A DNA stretch of 64,000 nucleotides from Octopus vulgaris (lineage: Eukaryota): positions 16,492,001-16,556,000 of the forward strand of contig OX597824.1 in NCBI GenBank assembly GCA_951406725.2. Reading direction: 5' to 3'. The first letter of the stretch is position 1; each line of letters opens with the position of its first letter. The position numbers and the translations under genes are program-made. Of the stretch, positions 13,493 to 27,087 are shown piece by piece. The notes below the pieces were generated by a model that was not told where the DNA came from, ran no database searches, and was given only the letters and a program-made list of their open reading frames with translations.

Positions 13493-13760
13493 GTACAGAG
13501 AGAGAGAGAGAGGTGGGGGAGAGTTATGAATAGAGATGTGCTTACACTTGTTCATTGAAAGAAATAGAGTAGCTGAGGGTAATATTACTATTCTATCCCG
13601 AAGCATATTCACTATTCACGTACATGGACATATACGAGCTACAGAAGTATCATGCATGCACACACACACACAACCGCACAAACTTTTGCTGAAGCAAATA
13701 TATGCATACATATGCATTCGTGCATACACATACACACAAAAATACCCACGTATACATATA

Positions 13761-13822
<62 letters not shown>

Positions 13823-13897
13823 TATATATGTATATGTATATATGTATATGTATGTATATATATATATGTGTGTGTGTATATATATATATATACGTAT

Positions 13898-14053
13898 AGT
13901 GGCTGTGTGGTACGTACCTTGCTTACCAACCCCTTGGTTCCGGGTTCAATCTCACTGCGTGGCACTTTGGGCAAAGTGTCTTCTACTATAGCCTCATGCC
14001 GACCAAACCCTTGTGAGTGGATTTGGTAGATGGAAACTGAAAGAAGCCCGTCG

Positions 14054-14102
<49 letters not shown>

Positions 14103-14327
14103 ATGTTTGTGTGTCTGTGTTTGTCCCACGCCAACATCGCTTGACAACCGATGGTGGTGTGTTTACGTCCCCGTAAGCTAGCGGTTCGGCAAAATAAACC
14201 GATACAATAAGTACTAGGCTTACAAAGAATAATTCCTGGGTCGATTTGCTCGACTAATGGCGGTGTTCCAGCATGGCCACAGTCACATGAGTGAAACAAG
14301 TAAAAGAGTAAAGAGAGTAAAGAGTAA
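13898..14327 (+). mobile_element. SINE family A
   Basis: Colinear with 8791-9205 and 57429-57887. Confidence 0.92.
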
Positions 14328-14664
14328 TGGATTTCTAAAGAACCTTTGGATGGAAGAAAAAATCGATATCTACTAGTGTGTCTCGAACCCAAATTTCCTG
14401 TAAACATGACAGGAATTCAACCATTGTACCAAAGCATATAATTCTCGGCTGGAAGAATAGAATTTCTAGAATGGACGAAGAAATTCGACGGATTGCTTTG
14501 GCAAAATGTATGCCTGTAATATTTGCATACGTGAGTTCGCGTGTTACGGGTGACTTTCGAATTCTCGATAATCCAAATAGGTTTTAACCTAATATTTAAA
14601 CACTATCATTAATATTTTATTATTTGAAGCATCAAGATCCATTATCCTAATAATACAATATTTC

Positions 14665-14696
<32 letters not shown>

Positions 14697-14700
<4 letters not shown>

Positions 14701-15822
14701 CAGAAGTAAATTGACTGCCTTATAATCATTAAAATTTATTTTAATCTGAAATTATACATTCAAATTATTTACTAATTGTTATAATGTGAATATTTGATAT
14801 TTAGTAGACACACCCTTTGCATTTTTCAATGCAAGGACCCTATTAAGCATGTTATTGATCACATGAGGTATATTCTCTTGCAGAATTTCTTGCCAAGTTT
14901 CATGCACTAAACTCAAAAGACCTAGCCTTGAAGATGCTTTCTTGTTCTGTTTAAGAAATGTCCGGCCCATCATGCCCCAGAGATGTTCAATAGGGTCCAT
15001 ATCTGGTGACTGGCTTGGCCATGGAAGCTTTTTAGTGCCATTCTCACCCAACAGATCTTGGGTCATTTTTAGCTGTGTGACAAGGAAGCCCATCTTCCAT
15101 GAATAAAGAGTCTTCTTTAATCATTTCACCACTGGAGGAGATTGGAAGGAATTCTTTCTACAATACGGACACATATTTATCTGAGTTTATGTTTCCATCA
15201 CACTCCACCAGCTCTGATCAACCATTGCTCCCAATTGCTCCCCAGACCATCACAGAACAGCTTCCGTGTTTCATTGTTGGCTGCAATCTTTTCACATCAA
15301 ATTCTTGATCACAGAGTCTCTCGACCCACAGTCGACCACTGTCAGGAAATACATTAAATCTGGGCTTAACAGAGAATATGACAATGTCCCAAAATGCTAA
15401 TGGCCTCTCCACCATCTCACTGGCCCAATCTTTCTCCGCTTGATATTGGCTGGTCAAAGAAGTGGCTTCCTTCTTACTGCTCTGCTATAGTGATCAAGTT
15501 TGTGGAGATACCTGACAGCAGTTCTGCAACTGACATCAACTTGTTCTGCTATGTCAGAGGCCTTGCAACGAGGATTATCCTCCACACTTCTCTTAACAAA
15601 GAGAAAAGTCCTATCAAAGGCCCTGGTTGATCTGGGCGAGCGATGTGGACTGCTTTATCCCTCTGGTGAATTGCACAATCACTCCATTAACTGTAGAATG
15701 CGGTATCCCAATGTTTTCAGCGATTTTACACTATGCCCACCTTTCAGAATGACCCACAATACAGTCTCTTTGTCTCTGAAATTCAGAGTTTGCAAGGCTT
15801 CTTTTGTACATGACATGATTAA
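14697..15822 (-). pseudogene. Decayed Tc1-family (DD34E) transposase
   Basis: WDIVIFSVKPRFN, PTMKHGSCSVMVWGAI and LPWPSQSPDMDPIEHLW motifs in successive broken ORFs. Confidence 0.9.
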
Positions 15823-15823
15823 A

Positions 15824-16073
15824 CTACTACTACTATGGCAATCCCTTAAGGTCGAGGGAGAGTGCCGGAAGGGAGAGTCGCACGTGGTTGTTGTTGGCGC
15901 TCCTTCCGTCGTCGTCTTTTCTCCTCCAGCTCTGCAGACCTTTTCGACTCGAAATTCGCCGTTCCCTCATGGATGGTGGTTTTCCAGAGTGGTCTGTTTT
16001 TTGCCGTTTCCTCCCAGTTGGTGAAGTCAATGTCACACTTTTTGAGGTTCGATCTCAGGGAGTCCTTAGTCAC
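15824..16073 (-). mobile_element. 3' end of RTE (BovB-like) LINE with (TAG)n tail
   Basis: KDSLRSNLKKCDIDFTNWEETAKNRPLWKTTIHEG is typical of the RTE C-terminus; ends in a tagtagtag tail. Confidence 0.85.
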
Positions 16074-17269
16074 ATATAGAACGTGAAACAGTTAGCCAAA
16101 GCAATGAATAGTTTCCATCAGGTATGTTACGTTGGGGATGAATGTAGCAGGGGATTCTTGTATACAGTAAACAGAGGGGCAGATAAAATTTAGCGACATG
16201 TTACCTTTACTGGTTATAAGGCGTAGTAATGTCAGCGCCAGTAAGACAAGCATTGGTTGTGGAATATCTAATGAGGATAGAAAGGGGTGAGTTAAGTGTA
16301 TGATTCATTGGATGTGTAATCTTAATCTGGAGAAAAAGAGGAGCACAAATGAGATGTCAGCTGAGCAGTTATAGGGAATAAGGGTCGAGTCCAAGAGACG
16401 GATAAGGACATGGTGATGAATGTGGTCGAAACAGATGATGGCTGTTGTGTGAAAATACTGCCGTATGCTTATAATGGATTGTGCCCAATGTTGTGAATCT
16501 ATGCATCAGGCTGAATGTGGACTGCTGAATGTGTGAATTCAACAAGCTGGAGTTTACAAATGAAGTGATGCAGAATCGAAGCAAACAAAAACAGAATGGT
16601 TATTTGCTTTCTTTGGCCGATGTAAGTAGAGAAGACGTTGAAAGCGTAGAACAACCTGAAAGTATAGTAAACGAGAGAAGCATAGGAGACGAGCTAAATA
16701 TGTTCAGATTGAACACTGCCTACTTTAATCTTACAATTCTAAGAAAAAAAAGCTACAAATCTTATAGATACTTTTTTTTTCACTAATTAAACGTCAAACA
16801 AAAAATAGAATCCGCGTTCATTTTTTTCTCCATTTTATTCGTCCCCTTATCATGGAGATATTTTTGACTTATATACACCAAATTCTCTAAGAAAGTGCAT
16901 TTTTAGAAATTATTCACTTCTTTTCGAACATTGTCCTTGTCAAATGCAATCACAGAAAGTCTTTGAGATATTTTCTTGTTTTGGCTAAATTTCTTTATCT
17001 GTTTACACAGACATGCCTCAGGATGTCGAGATTAGCTAACACGTTTTATCTTTTTTATTTTTCGTTTATTTCTCTTGTGATTATTACCTGGGTAACGTAT
17101 TGTTGCTGTTGTTGTTGTCGTTATTGTAGTTGCTTAAAACTTCAGGTAGACTTGATTGAGCGTTTGTATCGGACTCTATGCACATACTGTGCTATTTGGG
17201 AGTACAAATTCCAATAAGAGGCTGAAGTAGGAAAGAAAAAAAACCGTAATCATTATAACAATAAGATCT

Positions 17270-17323
<54 letters not shown>

Positions 17324-17505
17324 TTACTACTACTGCTGCTGCTGCTGCTGCTGTTGCTGCTACTACTATTAATACTACTGCCACCACCATTATCACAACT
17401 ATACTACTACTACAACTACAACTACAACAACAACAACAACAACAACAACAACTATTACTACTACTACTACTGCTGCTGCTGCTGCCACCACCATTATCAC
17501 AACTA

Positions 17506-17548
<43 letters not shown>

Positions 17549-17585
17549 GCCACCTCCACCACATCCACAACTACTACAACTACCT
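17270..17585. repeat. (CTA)n/(CAA)n/(CTG)n compound microsatellite
   Basis: Directly visible. Confidence 0.95.
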
Positions 17586-17902
17586 ATTTCTTTATTACCC
17601 ACAAGGGTAATGACAGACAAGTAGTTTTAGGAAATTTTATTTAACAATAAGAAAATTCTAATACTATAACGAATTGTTTCGTAACTTAAAACATGCAAAT
17701 AATTTATATTATTATATTTAATAATAAATAAATTACATACCTGCATTTATGTAAAATGCCACTTGGACTTAAACATCTCACTACAGTTCACCTGCATCTT
17801 ATAGCTCTGAGTTCTGTTCACGACCACTCTGTGGAGCACCATTCGTTTTATTGTATGCAAGTTATATACTCTAGCTAGATGCTATAAACATTTTAGCTGA
17901 TG

Positions 17903-18269
17903 CTAGCACTATGACCCGGCAACGCCGGGTCATAGTGCTAGTGCATGCATATACAGCTGCGTGTGTGTGCACATACACGCGAGTACTGTCCAAATCTCCG
18001 ACCAAGCTAGCTGACATTCAATTGGCGTATCAAGTTTCGGGCATTTTGATTGGATTTTGGATAGAAAATTCACAAAAAAGTCACTTCTATTGATTTTTTA
18101 ATGGGTTTGCGAGGTGACTGGGGAAATGTAAAGATGTGCATGACCACCCTTGGACGGTTTTAAATGACCATAGAAAGTGCGAGCCCTCTAACTGAAAAAT
18201 TGTGAATTTGTATAAAGGATACACACACACACAGACAGACAGACATTTTGCCTTTTATATATGGAGAGA
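17903..18269 (-). mobile_element. Non-autonomous Helitron-like element
   Basis: Minus strand starts TC..ATATATAAAA then (TCTG)(TG) repeats; ends in a GC-rich hairpin plus CTAG. Confidence 0.7.
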
Positions 18270-18546
18270 TAAATGCAGTATTTAATCAACTGGTGGCCGG
18301 GGTCCATGTCTTATAATAAACAAGACACCAAGTATAAAACATTTCTCAGGGTTTGAATATTTAAGCAAGAATTGGTAAGCACGGTTATCCTTTATATTTT
18401 TTGCAATTGGACTATTAGCGTTTTCCTTAAAATTTCCTTTAACAAGAGAAATTATTCTATGTAGGGGGCCTTACAACAAAGCGGAAGCACACATTCACAC
18501 TTACATACGAACACACTTTCACATATCTACCATCCACATAGATACA

Positions 18547-18595
<49 letters not shown>

Positions 18596-18797
18596 TCATT
18601 CGCATACACACAGACACACGCGCACACATAATCACACATATATCACATTCTGATATGTACACACAAATATCTTGTGAGTGAGGCACATACTGATAAGCTT
18701 TGTGCCGCGGGAGGAAAAACGAATTGAATACAGAGATAACTGAATTATGAGGATAATTTGGAAACGGATGATAAACGATTACAACAACAATTATAAA

Positions 18798-19225
18798 GAC
18801 GATGATGATGATGATGGTGATGATGATGGTGATGATGATGACGACGACGACGATGATGATGATGAGAATGATGATGATGATGATGACGATGATGATGATG
18901 ACGACGACGATGATGATGAGAATGATGATTATGATGATGACGATGATGATGACGACGACGACGATGATGATGAGGATGATGATGATGATGATGACGATGA
19001 TGATGATGACGACGATGATGATGATGAGGATGATGATGATGATGACGATGATGATGATGACGACGACGATGATAATGATGAGAATGATGATTATGATGAT
19101 GACGATGATGATGATGACGACGACGACGATGATGATGAGGATGATGATGATGATGATGACGATGATGATGATGACGATGATGATGATGATGATGATGATG
19201 ATGACGATGATGATGATGACGATGA

Positions 19226-19256
<31 letters not shown>

Positions 19257-19427
19257 GAGGATGATGATGATGATAATATGAACACAACTGTTATATTTCC
19301 TATAATAAAAACAGTTATAATGATTATAATAATGATAATGTTGATAGCAATATTAAAGATATTTATAAGGATGATGCCAACAGAACAACACAAAAACGAC
19401 GACCACTACCACCACCACAACTATGAC

Positions 19428-19460
<33 letters not shown>

Positions 19461-19515
19461 AATGATGGTGATGATAATGACGGTGATGACGATGATGATG
19501 ATGAGGATGAGGATG

Positions 19516-19612
<97 letters not shown>

Positions 19613-19645
19613 CGACGATGATGATGATGATGATGATGTTGATGT

Positions 19646-19681
<36 letters not shown>

Positions 19682-19782
19682 CGGTGGTGGTGATGATGTT
19701 GATGATGATGATGATGATGACGGTGTTGATGATGATGATGATGATGTTGATGTTGATGACGACGACGATGATGATGATGAGA

Positions 19783-19825
<43 letters not shown>

Positions 19826-19960
19826 CGGTGATGATGATGATAATGATGATAATGACGGTGATGATAATGATGATGATGATAATGACGGTGATGATGATGG
19901 TGATGATGATGATAATGACGGTGATGATGACGGTGATGATGATGATGATGATGATAATTA
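18798..19960. repeat. Two long imperfect (GAT)n arrays with higher-order subrepeat
   Basis: Directly visible; gagaatgatgattat recurs about 160 bp apart. Confidence 0.95.
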
Positions 19961-19989
19961 TAATATTAATTGACTGACAGAAACAGAAA

Positions 19990-20350
19990 AATGGTAGAAA
20001 CACAAACCAGAGTCTATAATGGTGAGTGATAACTACAAGGTTTTATAGGATTTCTATTTGACGACCGACCATACTATTGAAGCCAACTACAAGGAGATAC
20101 AAGGAAGGTAGGATCATAGATCATGCCATATGATAGTAGAGTGGAAATCGTGAAATATCGGCAGAGAGGTGAAAAGATTGTGGAAAACAAAGGTGGCAGT
20201 TGTTCTTGTGTTAATTGGTGCACTTAGCACGACATACAAACTGCTACCAAGAAGGGTGCGGGAACAGACATATGCATTTTTGAATTTCCGAAAGTTTCAT
20301 CTTATATTCTACGAGATTCCAAAGAAAGACTCGAAATTTGAGAAGACATG
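19990..20350 (+). pseudogene. R4/Dong-like LINE, C-terminal RLE endonuclease fragment
   Basis: DFYLTTDHTIEA and EVKRLWKTKVAVVLVLIGALST. Confidence 0.65.
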
Positions 20351-20419
20351 TTGTCACTAAACCCCAAGACAGCAGCTCTGCTAGCTAATGTAGAATGCAA
20401 TAGCTCAAACAACAACAAC

Positions 20420-21923
20420 AATAAAGTGTTAAAAGGCATCCTCGCAGGAAAAATATATACGTTTCTTGCGGAAAACAATCTACTGCCAGAAGAACAAAAG
20501 GGATGCCGAAAATCATCCAAAGACACCAAGGACAACCTTGTGATAATTCTTTATAAGGAAGAACTGCTAACGATACCCCGTCCCCACAAATAATTATGCA
20601 TGGCCTGGATAGACTTTCAAAAGGTTTACTTCAAGTTGCCGCATTCGGGGATTTTGGAAACACTCGACATGTGTGAAATAGCTGAGAACATGTATTCACT
20701 GATTAAGAACAGCATGCCTAGTTGAAAAACACGTCTTTTCTGTAACAACCATCACTTAGATGACTCTTGTTCATTAATATTTGTTATTGCCTTGATCTCA
20801 TTTTCTGTGGTCCTACGCAAAGGCAACGCGCACTATGAACTGAGAGACACTGGATCTCGTCTCAACCACCTTCTCTTCGTGGATGATTTAAAACTGTTCA
20901 CAAAAACAGAACCTGAAATGGAGAGACAGTGCAGACGTGCAGCAACGATATAGGGATGGAATTCGGTGTCTCGAAGTGTACGGTGCTCCTTTTGAAACGG
21001 GCGAAAAGAGCAGATTGTAGAGGCATGGAATTGCCATGCCAAACGGAGAGAGAATGGAAGACCTGGATGATGATGGGATCCTGGAGCTGGACAATATCTT
21101 GCACAAAGAAATGGAAGACAGTCATTACTGCTATTTGAAGCACCTCAAACTTCTCTTGAATTCAAAACTCAACTCAGGGAACCTTATGACTACAATCTAC
21201 ATATGGGCTGCTGCTGTGCACCCATCCAGGCAATGACAATGCATGGTGCCCTCTAGCCTAAGGCGAACGTACGCAGGCTCTACATGAAAAGGTGTAAAGG
21301 TAGACGTGGGCTGATTAGCGCACGGGAGTGCATCAACAGTGAAAGAAGAAACATGGCAGAATATTTGGTAATCAGCAAACAAGACATGCTGAAGTATACT
21401 GTAAATGCATGAGGATTTACCAAAAATGGACTTGAAAGTGCTAATGAATTCCGATCACGAATTCCCAACGAGAGTGAAGAAACCATACTTCGTATGGAAT
21501 TACATGGTCAGTTTCACCGTGAAAACTAACAACTTAAAAGATCAGGAAGCATTATGGGGGTTGCTCAACAAGAAGACTGAAAGCCAAATCATCGCAGCCC
21601 AGGTTCAGGCATTGAATACCAACTCAGGGAAAAAGGATATATAACACACAAATGCAATGAACCTCTGCAGAAAGTATGAGAAGAGGGTCGAAAGCGTGAA
21701 TCGTATTGTTAGTGCTTGTGAAAATCTTGCGCAGAAAGAGAACAAGCGCAGACGCGACAAGGTAACCCAAAGCTTTCATTGGCTGCTACGTCGAAAGTAT
21801 GGATACGGGGTAACGGCTGCTTCATACAAACATAAACTGGAAAAAGTAATGGACGAAAAGGGGAAGGCAAAAGCTCTCTGGGACTTTGACTTCCAGATAC
21901 ACAACTTGTTAGAGCACTATTAA
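20420..21923 (+). pseudogene. Decayed R4/Dong-clade non-LTR retrotransposon (RT plus CCHC region)
   Basis: LLPEEQKGCRK, MAWIDFQKVY, LNHLLFVDDLKLF, DIGMEFGVSKC, IIAAQVQALNT, CRK..ESVNRIVSAC, LWDFDFQ; many stops and frameshifts. Confidence 0.88.
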
Positions 21924-22423
21924 TATAACTGAATGAAGTTTCAATATCTAATTGGATTGTCCTAAGACTAACAATTTATTTATCCTTCACATTTAAAACT
22001 TTTGGTCAATTATGTATAACTGTGATATTTTTTTATATCTGAAAAAACTACCGTATTGCGTAAGGATTTTCTTTATTTGGTAAAGATATAGGTAAAGGTG
22101 GAACAGGTTATTTTGAAATAAAAATAGATCCAGAAAGGGTTTCTGTGGCACTCTAACAGTTCTGTCAATCTGTTAGCGAATACTAATAAGAATAATAAAC
22201 AATAACAAATGGTATTCACCATAAAAGACAATGGAAACAGAATATTAGAACGCAAAACAGTTAATATATATATATATATTTCATACATGTTGATTTACAT
22301 TCATGTTCACAGAAAACACACAAGCACAAGAAAACACCATCATCAACATTATCACCAGCAGCATAGTACTAACAACTTTGCAACACAGTAACAACAACAA
22401 CAACAACAATAATAATAATATTT

Positions 22424-22957
22424 GATGGCTCTCATGTCTTCTGATCTTAACTGATTGGAAGTGTTATCATGTGCATTGTTTTGTCTTGGTATAAAAGATG
22501 GACTACAGCAAATATTCTGCTCAATACCACAGATTTGCTTGTCAGTTGTTTGACCATAACCAGTTGACTATGTCTCTTAGTGGCTGACGATATGAGCATC
22601 CCTATCCACGAGCAGAAGTAGTGGGGGAGAATCATAGCCGTGTGTTGAAAGGAATTCTTGGAGGTTTGGACAATTCATCTTTGGAAACATGGGTGGTTCG
22701 TTCAACATCCTTAAACAATCCTTATTCAGGGACCTTTTGAGGGGGATAGGTTACTCGACCAGAAGAAAATTCTAACTGGGCCCCACCTTCAAGGTCATGC
22801 GCTGTTTATCGTGATATGGGATCACCATGCCGCGCACATATGGTTGTGATGCATGTGTCTGGTGTACCCTTATAAGACGGGTAGTCATGATAGGTATACT
22901 GGGCTTCGTATATTTTATCCCAGTGTCATTTTGATGGCATGCACAACTCTCTCACTC

Positions 22958-22958
<1 letters not shown>
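22424..22958. mobile_element. Element E, ~540-bp non-coding interspersed repeat flanked by (AAT)n
   Basis: Colinear with 30280-31037; (AAT)n on both sides. Confidence 0.85.
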
Positions 22959-23012
<54 letters not shown>

Positions 23013-23014
<2 letters not shown>

Positions 23015-23215
23015 CCTTTCTAATATAGGCACATGGTCTGAAATTTTGGGGGACGGGGATAGTCGATTATATCGACCCCAGTGCGTAACTGGTACTTAAT
23101 TTATCGACCCCGAAAGGATGAAAGGCAAAGTTGACCTCAGCAGAATTTGAACTCCGGTCGAAATGCTGCTAAGCATATTCCCCGGTGTGCTAACGAATCT
23201 GCCAGGTTTGCGCCC
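23013..23215 (-). mobile_element. SINE family B monomer
   Basis: atcgaccccgaaaggatgaaaggcaaag core. Confidence 0.88.
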
Positions 23216-23244
23216 AAATAACAACAACAACAACAACAACAACA

Positions 23245-23729
23245 TGAAAGACTTCAGACAAAAATCCTGCCTCCTCATTAATATGACTGTCCCAATCGAT
23301 AAAAACGTATCAGTCAAGATCTACCAAAAACTGAGCAAATAAAGATCGTGAAATAGAAACTAGCAAAATGTGGAACCTGAAGATTAAAACAATACCTGTT
23401 GCCATAGGTGCCCTGAGAATGATAGCAAAAGGGGCTGATTGCTACCTAATTCAGATACCAGGAAACCCCAAAATGGCAGAAATTCAAAAATAGTGCACAT
23501 GGGAACTGCCCATATCCTACGCAAAATACTTTCTATGTAATCTCAAGTTTTAAAACAAACAAATGATTTTCGTATGATTTCTTAAACATTCTCTAGAACA
23601 ACACTATGTACAAAACCAAATATATGGCACCCTAGGCATAACACCAACATGAAATTCTAAATTAATATCTCTTGAGGTCTCTGGGTGAGACTTGAAGCCA
23701 ATTGTACAAATGTAAAGCAAAAGTCAAAC

Positions 23730-23735
<6 letters not shown>
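23245..23735 (+). pseudogene. 3' end of R4/Dong-like LINE (RLE domain, 3' UTR, (AAT)n tail)
   Basis: CLLINMTVPIDKNV...KMWNLKIKTIPVAIGAL...MGTAHILRKILSM-stop. Confidence 0.85.
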
Positions 23736-23782
<47 letters not shown>

Positions 23783-23784
<2 letters not shown>

Positions 23785-23997
23785 CCTTTTTTATATAGAC
23801 ACAAAGCCAGATATTTGGGGAAGGGGGAGTAGTCGATTACATCGACCCTAGTACTCAACCAGTGCTTGATTTATCGACCCCGAAAGGATGGAAAGCAAAG
23901 TCGACTCCGGTGGCATTTGAACTCAGAACGTGAAAACAGACGAAATACCGCTAAGCATTTCACCCGGTGTGCTAACGATTCTGCCAGTTCGCTGCCC
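23783..23997 (-). mobile_element. SINE family B monomer within (AAT)n
   Basis: Family B core sequence. Confidence 0.88.
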
Positions 23998-23998
23998 A

Positions 23999-24072
<74 letters not shown>

Positions 24073-24102
24073 CAACAACAACAATAATAATAATTATTAT
24101 TA

Positions 24103-24134
<32 letters not shown>

Positions 24135-24459
24135 ATAATAATAATAATCCTTTCTACTATATGCAGAAGACACGGAATTTGTGTGCGGGGCTATATTCGA
24201 TTACATCATGAACGGGGCGAAGGAAATTAAAGCAAAACAAAGAATTTGATATCAAAAGCTAACTTTCTGACAGAGATTCAAAATTCTAATAAGATAAAAT
24301 TATACATGAATTGGCGAGAATTTGATGAATTTCCTGTAAGGGCAGGGTGGCTCCTGATATCTTTGTAATAAAAATGTAAAAATTATTTACATATCGAAAT
24401 AAAACAGATAATATAAACTTTACGCATATATCCAGAGGGTATAACTTTTAACAAAAGTT

Positions 24460-24461
24460 TG

Positions 24462-24493
<32 letters not shown>

Positions 24494-24858
24494 TGTATGT
24501 ATGTATGTATGTATGTATGTATGGATGTATGTATGTTTGTATGCATGTATGTATGCATGTATGTATGTATGTATGTATGTATGCATGTATGTATGTGTGT
24601 ATGTATGTGTGTGTGTGCATGTATGTATATGTATGTATGTATATGTATGTATGTATGCTTGTACGTATCTATACATGTGTATATGTCTATATATATGCAT
24701 ATAAATGCATGTATATATATGTGTGTGTATATGTATTTCTATGCTTATATATATATGTATATACATATGTATACATATGTATGTATGAATATATATACAC
24801 ACGCATACATATATATATATATATATATGTGCATGCTTATATATAAATATATATATTT

Positions 24859-24911
<53 letters not shown>

Positions 24912-24915
24912 TGTA
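24460..24915. repeat. (ATGT)n/(AT)n microsatellite
   Basis: Directly visible. Confidence 0.95.
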
Positions 24916-26212
24916 TGAACAAAATATAAAGAATATTGAAATCAAAGAGTCAACATAATTTCTGAAATTATAGCACTAAAAATTTGATTAATATTTTACA
25001 AAAACAATAAGATAATAAATGCTATGCCAAACACGACGTATAAACACACAGTGGTATATACAGATACACACATATGCACACAGACTGAAAATGGTATAAA
25101 CCACAACACACATATACGCACGCACACAAACGCAATAATTTAATTTCATTTTCCAAAGATCTTTTTGAACTCAAACGCAAGTCTAAATTTACCTGATAAT
25201 ATATATGTTCATACGAGCGTCTGTCTGAATGTATGTATATATGCATGTATGTATATATGTATGTATATACGTATGTATGCGTACAAGTATGATTGTATGT
25301 ATAGAAGCACATTCTAGTGTACGTGAGTGTGTATTAGCCTGCTTGTATGTGCTGTTCTCCACAGTATAATTTTCAAAGACGAATTGTTATCTATTTCAAA
25401 AGAACTACACCGTAATTCTTGTAATCTTTACCTGTTAATTAGACAATTCTGTAATTATATCCTGATTTTCTAGTTATTGTTGTTGCTGTTGTTGTTTTAA
25501 ATCTTGTATCTGACTATGGGCTATTTGTACCAAAGAAGAGAACGATAATAACAACAACAACAGCGACACTAATAAGAGCACAAACAACAAAGAAAAAACA
25601 TCAGAGAATACGGTGAAAATAGAATTAGTCAAGAATCGACAAGCATTTAAGGAAAATTGGCAGATTGGGTCAAATAGACAATCGAATTAGGGTTCTATAA
25701 TCTTATGAATTATCTAAAGAAAGAAGCACGCAGGGATACAACCTCAGCTTCATAATAAACCATATAAAGAGAGACAGAGAGAGTGAGGCGAGGGGTGGGA
25801 AATAAAGACTTAGGCGCACCAGACACACGAAAAAAAAACAATAACAGGTAAACAAACAACGAAATATAAAGAGGGTTAGACACACACGTGTTTGTGTAAA
25901 CACACACACATAAACACACAAACACACGAAGTAGAAAAAAAAAGGCGAAGAGAAATCAAAAGATTAAATAAGGGTTCAGAGAAGAATTAACAGTTTAATA
26001 TGTTTGAAAAAGAATATCAACAATATTTTTCCTTTAAAAATGCTAATATTGTTTTTGTTACAAACTAGCGAAATGTGGGGGGATGAAAAGAGAATCATTC
26101 GTTGCATGGCTTTTATAATGATATTAATGCACGAAACAATAACTATACGAATACAACTGCTAATAGCTATATATATGATCATCGATAACTGAAAAACAAA
26201 ACCCATTGGATA

Positions 26213-26274
<62 letters not shown>

Positions 26275-26277
<3 letters not shown>

Positions 26278-26342
26278 AATTAGAGATAAAACCACTATTA
26301 TGCAACTCAAACAGTGATAGACATAAACTAATACATAAATAA

Positions 26343-26384
<42 letters not shown>

Positions 26385-26536
26385 GTTTTGGATATACAAC
26401 TTACAGCAAGATCTAAAAAAGTATAAAATGAATGATAAATATATAGTGGTTTTACCTCTAATTTATATTTTATAAATTTATACTGTGAAATTTGATTTAA
26501 TGCTAAATTGAAATTTTCCCTGTAAGTTTGGAGTTA
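26275..26536. mobile_element. AT-rich element F with partial inverted copy
   Basis: aaattagagataaaaccacta...tagtggttttacctctaattt...ttttccctgtaagtttgga; same family at 34527 and 43435. Confidence 0.75.
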
Positions 26537-27004
26537 TGCCAAAATCACAACGTATGGAAAGCCAGCGGTGCCAAAATCACAAAGTATGGAAGGCTAGCGG
26601 TTTCAAAATTACAAAGTACGGAAGACCAGTGGTGCCAAAATCACAAAGTATGGAAGGCCAGCGGTGCCAAAATCACAAAATATGGAAACCCAGCGGTGCC
26701 GATATCACAAAGTACGGAAGGCTACATTGTGAGTTTGGCACTGCTAGGTTTCCATACTCTGTGATTTTGGCACCGCTGGCCTTCCATACTTTGTGATTTT
26801 GGCACCGCTGGCTTTCCATACTTTGTGATTTTGGCACCGCTGGCTTTCCATACTTTGTGTTTTTGGCACCGCTGGCTTTCCATACTTTGTGATTTTGGCA
26901 CCGCTAGTCTTCCATACTTTGTGATTTTGGCACCGCTGGCCTTCCATACTTTGTGATTTTGGCACCGTTGGCCTTCCATACTTTGTGATTTTGGCACCGC
27001 TGGC
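26537..27004. repeat. 32-bp minisatellite as two inverted arrays (~6 forward, ~8.7 reverse units)
   Basis: Unit ccagcggtgccaaaatcacaaagtatggaagg; orientation flips at ~26725. Confidence 0.95.
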
Positions 27005-27087
27005 TACCTGCCCATGGTACCACGCAGTGGGATTGAATCCGAACCATGTGGTGGGTAAGCAAGCTACTTACCACACAGCCACTCCTG
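27005..27087 (-). mobile_element. 5' fragment of SINE family A
   Basis: caagctacttaccacacagccactcctg. Confidence 0.85.

Noticed and set aside
16080-16760. Possible decayed retroelement coding sequence
   Set aside because: No recognisable RT or endonuclease motif could be read in any frame.
26528-26997. Repetitive ORFs (CQNHKVWKASGAKITKYG) as a repeat protein
   Set aside because: The 32-bp unit is not a multiple of 3, and the same peptide appears in multiple frames on both strands because the array is inverted.
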